The notes beneath the pieces were generated by a model. It was given only the letters and a program-made list of their open reading frames with translations. It did no database searches and had not been told where the DNA came from. From assembly GCA_013239625.1 (NCBI GenBank), contig MU054323.1, forward strand, positions 3,958,161 through 4,022,160: a stretch of 64,000 bases of DNA, read 5' to 3'. Position numbers and translations under genes: made by a program. Below, in pieces: positions 23,201 through 35,200 of this stretch (positions are counted from its first letter, which is position 1; the number at the start of each line of letters is the position of its first letter). The stretch is from Lama guanicoe (Eukaryota).

Positions 23201-26200
23201 CAAAAATAAACAAGTGGGACCTAACCAAACTTATAAGCTTCTGCACAGCAAAGGAAACCATAAGCAAACGGAAAAGACAACCTACAGAATGGGAGAAAAT
23301 ATTTGCAAATGATGCAACTGACAAGGAATTAATTTCCAAAATACACAAATAGCTCATACAGCTCAATATCAAAAACCAGACAACCTAATCACAAAATGGA
23401 CAGAAGATCTAAATAGACATTTCTTCAAAGAAGACATTCAGATGGCCAACAGGCACATGAAAAGATGCTCAATATTGCTAATTATTAGAGAAATGCAAAT
23501 CAAAACTACAATGGGGTGTCACCTCACACAGGTCAGAATGGCCATCATTAAAAAGCCTGCAAAAAATAAATGCTGAAGAGGGTGGAGAAAAGGGAACCCT
23601 CCTACACTGTTGGTGGGACTGTAAATTGGTGCAGTCACTTTGGAGGACAGTATGGAGGTTCCTTAAAAAACTAAAAATAGAGTTACCATATGATTTAGCA
23701 ATCCCACTTCTGGGCATATGCCTAGGAAAGATGAAAACTCTTAATTCAAAAAGATACATGCACCCCAACAGCAGCACTATTTTACAATAGCCAAGACATG
23801 AAAGCAACCTAAGTGTCCATCAACAGATGAGTGGTTAGAGGAGACATGGTATATGTATGCAATGGAATACTACTCAGCCATAAAAAAGAGTGAAATAATG
23901 CCATTTGCAGCAACATGGATGGACCTAGAGATCATCATACTAAGTAAAGTAAGTCAGACAAGGAAAGACAAATATCATGTATTACTTATGTGTGAAATCT
24001 AAAAAAATGATATAAACTATTTGTAATACATAAGCAGACTCACAGACATAGAAAACAAACTTTCATTTGCCCAAGTGGAAGGAGGGGAGGGATAAATTAG
24101 GAGTTTGGCATTAACAGATACAAACTACTATGTTTAAGATAGATAAACAATAAGGACCTATTGGATAGCACAGGGAACTATATTCAGTATCTTGTAATAA
24201 CCTATAATGGAAAAGAATCTGAAGAAAAAAACATATATAACTGAATCACTTTCTATACACTTGAAACTAACACACTATTGTAAATCAACTATACTTAAAT
24301 TAAAACAATAGTAGCTTCTTGTTTCACTCATTGTAAAAGCCAACACCCTTACCACAGCCTACGGACCATCCCTCCCCGACCACCTCCTGTCTCTCTCACT
24401 TCATCTACTACTTTCTTCCCTCCACTCTCTGCTTCAGCCATGCTGGCTTTCTTCCCTTTCCCCAGACACAGCAACCATGCACCTGCCTCAGGGCCTTTGC
24501 ACCTGCTGGCCCTTCAGCCCGTAACACTTTTCCGTATGGCTTTTCCCATGACTTCCTTCAGGTCGTTATTTTATGCTCCCTTTACCAGTGAGAGTTTCCC
24601 CTTATCATTCCAAGTGGCGCTGCCTTCCCCCATCCTTCCTCCTTGCTGCCACGCCTAACATTCCCTAGACCCCTCTGTGCTCTATTCTTCTGCCCAGCAC
24701 CAATCCGACATTCTGAATACTGACCTGTTTGGTTATTTACTATAAACTCTGCAAAAGCAGTGACTTTATCTCCATTGTTCATTGTTTTAGCATCAGCTCT
24801 TAGAACAGTTTTGACTTTTACCTGCCACTCAGTAAATATTTGTTAATTACATTAAATAAGTATGTTCTCATTGTGAGTCCTGGGCCAGGACTGAGGGCAG
24901 AGAATAAAGGCGCCCTCTCCAGGATACTTGCCTTCTGCCTGTGTTACGAACTTTAGCATGTCCACCAAGGCTTCACCGTCTCTCTGGAGTTCATAGGACA
25001 TGCTGGCAGAATACTGCTCTACTTCTCCCGTTGGCTTCAGTTCCAGTGCAAATCTAAAGATGTTATAATGCACATGGTGTGTAAGGTTAGAGCTGTCAAT
25101 GGTGATGATGATTGTCCCCCAAACAACTCAGCCTCAATTGCAGCGAAAATATGGTCCTTATTTAACACTGTCTCTTGTCCTTAACTAATGGTAAAGCCCT
25201 TTCAGTCTCTCCAAAAGCCCGAGGCAAGGACAGATCCCAGGATGCCCCGGGTTTCTGAACCAGCAGAGCAGAAGCTGGCTGGTGTGTCAGCAAAGCTGAG
25301 AACAAGAGGTGGGAGTGGGCTCCAGGAAGGATCATGACAGTGTGTCTGGAGGCTCAGAGATGTGGATACTGAATTAGGAGCAACTCAGTATCCGTCCATA
25401 CTGAGATGGCTCCTCAAATGCCTGAGGGAGGGAGATGGGGTATCACCTACAAAGAGATGCTTTTAAAGGAGTGATTCTCAATTGACAATGGGTACCATTC
25501 CCTGAGAGAGTTGAAGTAATCATCTTGGTTATTTATCTTTTGAGCTAAGACCTCCCTTAGGGATCATGACGCCTCACCTTCCAACACTGCCCTTCCCCTC
25601 CCACCTATGGAGACACCCTGTCCTAGAATCAAAGGGCAGGTAGGAATGTGGGTACCCTTCAGGTGTGCTGGGCAAAGGTCCACTGTTCTAAATAATCAAA
25701 GGACAGTGCAAATTCCTGTGGCTGGTGACACAGCACCTCCAACATACATTTTCCGTTGGCCCTGATAGGTGGCCATAATGAAGAAAGTGAGTGGATGCTG
25801 GGTGAGGACACTGAGCATCTCTGACCTGGTGTCCCCTGTCAGCGGGTAGTAGGAGGAAGAGTCTGTGGAGCTGGCATTGGAGTAAGCGCCCGAGGTGCAG
25901 TAGTCCAGGCCAGTAAAGAAAGGCTTGCAAGTCAACCAGGACTGCCTGTTCTCAATTAGAGGTGGGATCACTTCCGTTTTGGTGGTAGAGACCAAATGCA
26001 ATGTGTTACTAGTGAAGAGAGGGGAAAAAACCTGAGTTATCTTCAAGTCATGAACCAAAATGAACATCACCAATTCTCCCCATGCAAATGCTCCTTTCTT
26101 TATCCTGCTCTCCATCTCCCTCCTGGCCACACCCACTTCAAATTCTTTGATTTACCCAGAATCAAAGAACAGTAAGAACATCAACAAGGCAACAATCACA

Positions 26201-29200
26201 GTGACTCTCACATTTCCCAAAACAACTTGCACTAAGGCACTGACTGCACTAAGTTTGTTACATCTGTTATCTGTAATTTCCACAATGGTAGGCATTAAGA
26301 GTCTCCTTTTACAGAGGAAACAGGCCCAGAGAGGTAAGGATGATGACTGGGACTTGACCGTGGGTGTGCCCCTTCCTGCCCAAGGTGCGGGATAAGGGGT
26401 GCCCTGCTTCTCTTTCATCTGAAATCTCTCCCTACTGGCTTCTTTGCACCAGCATTAAACACACTCAAGTCTCTTCTTGCATTGTGTACACACACACACG
26501 TGCATACACACAACACCCCTTGCCTTCGCTTCTAGCCTCCTGTGGTCTCCCTCACAATCAAGAAACTTGCCAGCCTTTGCAGCCTCCACTTTCAACAGCC
26601 TTCTTACTGAACAGGTGCTTCTGGAGCTGCTTCTAACAGCCTCTCCAGTCGCCTCCAATGGACACTCTTTCTTGATCTCTTGGAAGCATTCAGTAGAGCT
26701 GCTCCCTTATGGCCAGATTAAGACTTTACCATCTGAAACTTCTGAAAAAGATGATGGTAACTTCCTGCCAATTACTTAAAAAGTACGAAAGTGCAAAAAA
26801 GTTCAACAGTGTCCTGGTTTCATCCAAGGATGCTTTCATATTCTTTTCTCAGTGCTGGGTCCTCATTTTAGAGGTGCCCTAAGACTAGGCTGTGCTGGTG
26901 GGTGGGCTGGAGCCCTAAGTGCCAGCTATGGCCTCCCTGTGGGGCCACTCCTGGGCTTCTACGCCCCTGATGGCCTTGGTTCTCCTGCCTCTCTGGTCAC
27001 CTCTTCTCGCTCTTCGCTTATGCCTCTTCCCTTCACGTGTGTATCTTCTCCACGTTTCTGTCCCAGTCCCTGCCCCAGTCTCTACGTGGTGATCACTAAC
27101 TTCAACAACCTCTATGTGCCGATGAGTCCCAAATCTGTATATAGAAATTGAACCTTTTTTCTGAGCTCAGGCCCACGGGCCCGACTCTCAGCTGGATGTT
27201 GTAATCAGCTGTCTCACAGGCCTGCCAGGCGGCACACTGAAAACTGAATTTGTCATCATCCTCCACGCCAGCCGCTCTCCCTCTTCAGTCCCTCTTTCCT
27301 CTTTCTTTTTCCTCACCTCCTTCCTGGCCCCATGCCCAGTCAATCACCAAGTACTCCCGTTCCTACCTCCTGAGGATTCCCGGGTGGGCTCACCCCTCTC
27401 CCCACCTGGGCCTCGTCTAGCACGGACCACTTTCACCTCTCTCCCGTGGGCAATCGTAACAGGTTCCCAGTGGGACTCCCTGTCACCAGCCACGCTTCCT
27501 GTCCCCCCACCTTCCACTCTGGGATCAGAGTTTCCTAAAACACCAGCCTTATTTTATATATGCTCCCATGTTAAGCCCTTCTGCCTTCAGAAGAGTCCAA
27601 ACTCCTTAAGGTGGCTCCGCGGGCTGCCCCTGGCCAGCCCGGCACGGCCTCCGTCACTGCGCACCCCACACTCTTGACCACACGGAGTTTCTTGTAGCTC
27701 CCCGACCGCTTTACGTTCCCTTCAGGCTGCTGCACGTGCTCTTCCCTTTGCCCGGGAACGCTCATGCCTTCCTCTTTTGTCTGGGTAACTCTGACACAGC
27801 TTCCAGGGCTCAGCTCAGGGGGGCTTTGTTCAGAAAGCTTTCTCTCACTGCCACAGGTTCCACGACACAGAATTTCATGGTCCTCCAGTGCTTCCTCTAC
27901 CTCAGCCCTCCTGTAAGCTGGAGGCTCTAGGTCAGGGACCTCGTGCATCTCATTCAACGTGCTTCTATATTAGGCAATTAAGCACTATTTTTATTACATG
28001 TGAATCAACAAGCTAATGTGTCCAAAATATGGAAACTAAGGTGAATGGATGTTTGAGGATGGAGCTCTCCATGTGAGGCTGCCCCGCATGATCAGGGGAT
28101 CAGGACTTCCAGGCTTTTCCCACCGAGCTAGCTGCCACAGATTGGTAGCTCCTTTGGTATCTTCCTGGGAACAGTGCTCATTTCCCAAGGATGACTCCTC
28201 TGCAGCTGGTGTTTTTATTTTCCATTCTCAAAAACAACAAAAAACACACAACCTAATAGCAACTACCTAAGCAGGAGATCTTAAGTCTCACCTCAGTAAA
28301 ATGTGAAAAATGGCGGACACTTATGTAGTGGATCTAGGCCAGGTTAAAAATAGGTAATCCAGTGCCTTCTCCCTCTCTCCATTCCCCGCCTTTGCCCCCA
28401 TACCCCTGCCCCCCCCATCCACTGGGGCCTGAATCATCTCAGTCGGCTGTCTGGCCTGGCCAAGTCCTGTAGTCTTACTTCTCTCTTTCGGTGGGGAGGG
28501 TATAGCTCAGTGGTAGAACACATGCTTAGACTGCACGAGGTCCTGGGTTCGATCCCCAATACTTCCATTAAAATAAATAAGTAAATAAACCTAGTCCCCC
28601 CTGACCGGCAATAAAAACCGAAGAAACAAAAACACCCCCCCAAATAAACTAATTAATTCTCTCTTTCAAACTGTTGATTCAGATCTGACTGAAAGAATTA
28701 CCTGCCACTGAAGAGCTTGACTGGCCTCTTAGGAGAAGGAATGATGAACCTCAGCTGCCTGGCCTTCATGGCCAGCCGCGCCTCCAGGCCTGTCTCATGG
28801 AAGAAGTTGGTGTTCATTTGGACCCCGCTCCTGGCAAAGTCCGGAATGATGACACCCATATTTGTCACAAACTCCACAGACACAGAAGGCTTTGTCACCA
28901 GTTCTGCCTGCATCTGTAAGTCAAAAAGCGGCCTACTCGTCTTTGTTAAATAACCTGTCCCCTGCGGTCAGATCAACCACCCTTCCCACCCCTGGGCAAA
29001 CATCCCTGGATCACTCACACTAGGGGAAACATTATGGAGACTTTTTGGTAGGACAAAAGCCAAGTTCTCAATCCTCCAGGGCCAGAATGTGTACCCAGGA
29101 CTGGGAAGTGGCCAAGTTAACTTTCAGCACAGCAAGATAAAAAGATAACAGAAACCTCTTGACTGCCACGCCCAAGTGGAGCGAGTGAGGGGGGGCACCC

Positions 29201-32200
29201 CAGGGGAACCCTAAGGGTTTTCATAAAAGTTACTGAGGTGACTACAGTGATGATGCACTTCGTCTTGAATTGGAAACACATTTTTAAATTGCACGAGCAC
29301 CTGCCCTGAAGGAATCAAAAGGTGAGCAGAGTCTTACATTGGCTACTTCCAGTTTCACTCCAGCCTTCATTCCAGGAGTGATGACTCCGGAGGAGGACAC
29401 TTGCAGTTGTAATCCAAGGCCAGTGGGGAGTTCAAAGGCGTTGTCCATAAAGATGTAGTGAAGAAACAAGTCATTCTTTGAGCCTTTCCTTATGGTCTCT
29501 CTAATCTGTAGATCCGACAGGCGAGAGTAAAAGAAAGCCTCACCAAAGGGTGCTTCGTGAAATGCAACCTCCCACACATCAGACAACAGTTATTCTTCTT
29601 TATCCAGAAAGGAAGGGACCAGCATATTTTAATTAGCCGAATAGTTTAATAGATGAATAACTATTACTTTCAACAAATTGGGAAACAAAAAATTGCTGTG
29701 GGTAGATATCATGTCATTTTCAACTGGTGATTCAGAAAGCACTTCAGAATATTTCTGGGCCTCTGAGATTTATGAACGTTAAGTATCATTGCATGGCATG
29801 GCTTAATTCTAGTTTTCTGGAGTCTAAATGTAAGTGAGGGTTTATTTGCAGCACAATATATTATGGTAAAAACCAATTTTTTTAAAAACTGATGAGCTTA
29901 ATTTAAATGATGTACATATCAGTATGCATTGCTTTTTGTTTTTTTATAACACATCTGGAAAGTAAATTGAGATGTTTTATTAAAGCCACATTATTATTCA
30001 CTGCACCTTAGGGAGTGTATTTGGTTATTTTCTCCCTTCTTAATAAATGAATAACTATAAAAACTATAGTTCATATTTAGATAGCAGATTTTAGTTTGCC
30101 ACACACATTCTTTCTTAATCATTACATCATTTCAATATTAAAAGAAACCTGTGGCTTAGGTAGAGGGAGATACACTTAACATTGTTTTTCAGATGAACAA
30201 ATAAATCCTCTTAAAAGATACATCTATCCAATCACAGGGAACTATATTCACTATCTTGTAATAACCTTTAATAAAAAAAAGACTATGAAAACAAATATAT
30301 TTATGTATATGCGTGACTGGGACATTGTGCTGTATACCAGAAATTGACACATTATAACTGACTATATACTTCAATTAAAAAAAAGATACATCTAACATGA
30401 TGACTAGCTTCATTTCTAAATGTTATGGGTTCCTTGCAATCCAAGAATTTTCTTCCCTGAAATTCAAGGGAAACCTGCCTCTCTGAAGGAAGAACAAGTA
30501 CTTTCTCTGGTTGGCGTGGCTGGGATCATAAGGGAGTCTGGGAGATCCCAAAAGAGCACAGGCTAATCTCATCACCCTTTGATGGGGCCTGGCCCACTTA
30601 CCAACTGGGGGATCCCCTGCAGAGTATGGACACCATTCAGCAGCAGCCTCCCCAGGAGCTGGAGGTCATGCAGCTTGACAAAGCCAAGCTCCTCTCCCAA
30701 GATGTGGAGGTAGGCTCTGGCTTCTGGGAGTTCTTTGGATTTCAAGTCTTTGATCAGCTTGTCCACATTAAGCATAATTCCGTTGACCATGTCCTGGGAT
30801 TTTAACAACAAAATGTCTAGTGAGCTGTTAGCACTGACAAACAACTTTAGATGGCTGAGTGGGTTCCATCTGCTGCAGTTGTGATGGGCCTAGACACAAA
30901 CACTCAAGGAAATGGGGACGCAAGGCAGACACTGAGATCAGGCTCCCACCTGTCATCAAAAGATAGCTCCTCCAAACTGAGATGAAGAAACAGGTCTTGT
31001 CAGGGACAGTGGTGCTTCCACACTGTTCTTAACTTGAATGATGTAGGCATAGTCAGTGTGATCTCTGCTCTCCAGGATCCCAGGATCCCTATGGCCCCCC
31101 AAGATTAGAAGATCCTCTGCCTCTCCCCTCTCCCCTGCTTCTTCCCTCTTTCCTTTGATAGGGAAGAACACTTGGGGTTTCTTGGGAAAGCTTAGCTGCC
31201 ATATACATTAGCCAAAAGCTTGAAAATACCTGATTTAGATAAGTTCTTCTCTACATAAGTTATTCTTAGAGATAAGAATTCCACAGGCTGGTTCTTAGGC
31301 ATTGAGAAAGAAAAGAGTGACCACAGACCCAAAACAGATCAAAGACCCTCAGCCTCGAGTGGAGGTAAGTAAATCAGGAGATGGAGGTAGGACCATTTGT
31401 GAGCATCTAGGAGCAAATTATCATCCTGCTTCTCAAACTGAAATGTGCATCCCAGTCACCTGGGGATCTCATGAAAATGCAGATTCTGATTCAGTAGAGC
31501 CCAGAGGGGCCTGAGAACCTGCATTTCTAACAAGCTCTGGTGATGTGATGCCAATGACTAGACCATACTTTGGGTAGCAGAAAGTTAAGGAATAAGAAGT
31601 TTCAGGTTATACAATCTATTTTCTACTCCTTCAGTGGAGGCTTATGCTGGCACTGAAGAGGATTGTGCTCCCATAAGCTAGTGCACAGATGAGGGTAAGA
31701 GCCAAAGAAAGTAGTTAATAACAATGAAAACATGAATTTAAAAAGTATGATAGTATCTGCTTATTGAATAATCAGTACCGGAGTCAGGCACTCTGGTTAG
31801 CATTTTACATTTTTTCATTTAGTCTTTAAACATCCTTGTGAAGTGTATGGATTAGCATTAGCACTCTGTGGATGCTGAAACAGAGAGACATAACATCAAG
31901 CAACTTGCATAGGTATGCAGAGCTTGGAGAGCGCAAGGTTCAAACCCATGCCCCAGAGTTCGCTCTGATGCGACTGAATTCAACATGCATCTGAATCTCC
32001 AGGAGGCCCACAGCTGCAGAGGATTCTGGCTCTTCTTCCCACCAGACTGATTGACAACAGCCATATTTGTCAGTTAGATCATTCCTTGATGACTTCCAGG
32101 CTTAGATAAAAATGTTTCCGCATTGACACCCAAAGCTTTCCTTGAGAGGATACTTAAAAAAAAAAATACCTGCTCACGTCTGTCATCTTTGCTGTAGCCA

Positions 32201-35200
32201 AAGTGGTCCACCAAGACCTTGGAGACACGATCAGGAACTTGACCATCAACCCAGTACAAAGCCTTGCTGACACTGTCTGGGAAAAATCCTTGCTTTCCAA
32301 AAAGAGCTTCCAATGTTGGCTCAAAGCCTTTTCCTTCCAAACCAATCTGAGAGAGGAAGTCAACCAAGAAAATGCCATCAGGTTTCTCTGTGGTCTGTCA
32401 GCCTCCCATTCCCCTCTTTACGTTCATTTCATTCAACAAGTATTCAGTGAATACTACAGGGCAGGAGCTGAGCTTAGCACTCCGTAGGAGTTGTCTTATT
32501 TAAATCTCACCAGCATCTTGAATGGCAGAACTTATTATGTGCCTTTTTTTTTCTAGAAGAAGCAGCTAAGGTTCAGAGAAGATAAATAGTTAAACCAGAG
32601 ATTCAGAGTTGGGAGTGGATCTGGGGTTTGAACCAGTTCCGTCTGACTGTGCAGCCCATGTGCTTCCTTGGATTTTGGGTCTAAGGGCTTCTCTGAGTCA
32701 CCTGCATTTCCATCCATTCTAAGGCGTCATGCTTCAGATGACCCCCATCAGGGAGGCAGGAAGGTGAGGGAGGAGGGAGAGAAGAAGGCCTCAAAGTGAT
32801 GGTACAACTGCCTGATGATTCTTGTTCCTCTGGTGGCTGCCTCACAGCTCCCTTGACCTGACGTTCTACTTATGGGGGAGAACAGAATGCATTGGAAAAC
32901 GTCAGACTCTGCTTCAGTCTCACACATACCTCGAACAGGTCAGCTGGAGCAAATCCAAAGACTGTGAGGGTCGCTTTCAGCATGCTTTCTTTAGGAAGGT
33001 AATCATTTGGATCAAATATAAGATTCCCTTCAATTTTGGCTGAGAACGGGTCAAGTGATGGGAGAGAAATAGATTTGGAAAGGTGATAGTTCCGGGAAAA
33101 TTTTCTGAAGTCCATGACAGTTGGAAGTTGAGATTTTTTCAGAGCTTCTTCCACTAACTTCTTCAAACTAGATGAAAAGAAGGGGGATATTTTGAGCTGA
33201 CACCACATCGTGTTACTCTCTTACCGCAAGTAAATATGGATTTCCAATCACTACCAAACCATGTGGGTTTCACTTGCCCTGAGAGTTTGGCTCAGATCTG
33301 CTGCACTTTCACACAGATGCTGTTCCAGAAGAAAAACACTCTATAAAGGGCAGGCAGTGGTGAAATCAGAATCGAGGTTTGGAATTTCAGTCTTTTGGAG
33401 CAGATGGAGGAAAATGGCTCTTACTTACTCTTGGATAGACAGCTCATCCGAGGTTAAGATGTTGGCGATGTGGGAAGCCACAAAGTTCTTCACTTGCTCA
33501 TTCTGTTCCCAGGGGAGAAGTTCGGTGATTTTGCTAACATCCGACAGGGAAGGGCCCCTCATGAGCATGAGGTAGGCAGCCAGTCGCTTGTCCCCAGGAG
33601 AGGTGTTGCTGAGGAAAGTCTGAAGAAGGACTTCCCGGACCTGGAGCCGAAAGAGAGGACCGTTATCACTGTCCTCTGGTCAGAACACAGAACGTGCCCG
33701 GCAAACATGCCTGGTCTTACCATGTGCAGGCTGAATTTCTCTATAATAATTCTTCAAATGTTGGCACTGAACCTTCTTGTCAGTGTTCCCCCAGAGCAAA
33801 GAGCTCAAGGAAGGGTTCTCAGAAGACACCCATCTAATGCATGCTGAATTCAATTGCATTAAAATACACCCATTATGGCCAAGTTACCACTTCCTAGAGA
33901 TCCACCACTAACTGAAAATAAAGTTGTTTTAACATAAATTATTTCAATATGAGCGTAAAGCTGGGGTGGGATAGTGAGAACTTGGAGCTAATAAATAAAT
34001 AAGGTTGTCTCCAAAGCTCTGGAGTCTTTGCCACTTAAACTGGTGGTGCCAGTTTGACCATCCTAGATTAGGGGCATTAGGAAAATTAGGCATATTTTGC
34101 CAAGATGGGAGTGATGGTCAGTCTGGCAGGAGGACACATGTAGTGAAGATCTCATTCTGCCTGCTGTAGTAGTAGCAAGGTCAAATATTTCTCTCAAGTC
34201 CACATACTGCTAGGAAGTCAATAGGTGTGTTGAAATTTGCAATTAAAAAGCAGAAGACTAAAGTCAGAGCAATGATGAGATTTAGAATCTCATTCCAAAT
34301 CTCTGTCAATCTACATAAACTTTTCCCTTCCAGCCCTCATCTGTGGACTTCACCTCGTCTCTAAGTTCCATTTTCCGCAGGGCCTGGATGGCAGCCTTCT
34401 GAATCAGCAGTGATGGCTGTCTACTTTCGATACATTTCAGGATGGAGGATGTGAGTTTTGGGGTTAGCTGCTCCATAGTTCTGCCAATATTTCCAATGAC
34501 CTGCATTGGAAATAAAACAAGAGGGAATTAGGGTGCAGAAGGAGAAGTGAAGGGTGGACAGGAAAAGTGCTTCTGAAATGATGCATATTCTACAAAACAC
34601 TGAAAATACCCTCAGAATTAAGTAGGTATGATCTTCGTTCCCAGTGCAGTCATCACGAATCTGTTCCAACAGGTAATCAGCAATGTCCAGCAGGTCCTGT
34701 GTCCCCGCAGGGTCTGTCTTACGATAGCTACAGAATAATAATAATAGCTGGGTTTACAGTAATAACAGAATACAGAATACAAGCAATAAACAGAAGAACA
34801 AAAGTTTATCTTAAAATACACATTTATGTTTGCTGGTTTCTCATTTCAATGTACTATTCTCAAAATGACCAGTTGAAAAACAAAAGAGGAAGCACCAGAA
34901 ATTTCAAGTGGAGGGAGGGTACAAACTTAATACAGAGATGTGGGGTCTTCCTCAGCTCCCACGAGGAGAACCAGTATAAAACTCACTTGTTGATCACGTG
35001 ACTCAGAGCATAGAACGTGGCCCGGCTGTGCTGCTCCTTCGCCGTGTTAAAGATCTCCCGCAGCCTCTCGGCCGAGGGCTGTGGGATCAGGGCCACCAAG
35101 TAGGTCACAACATCTATCAGAAGAGGATTGGCTTTCTCAGTCTTCAGCCACTGGAGGATGCGAGTGTAACACTGGGGCTGTCCGCATTGAATCAAGGCTT

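Noticed and set aside
23149..23807. L1 ORF2-like peptides (also 60186-60749)
   Set aside because: 5'-truncated fragments with stops and frameshifts; not functional genes
28490..28570. tRNA-like sequences (also at 521 and 61094)
   Set aside because: Followed by shared non-tRNA tails, poly-A and TSDs, so they are SINEs rather than tRNA genes
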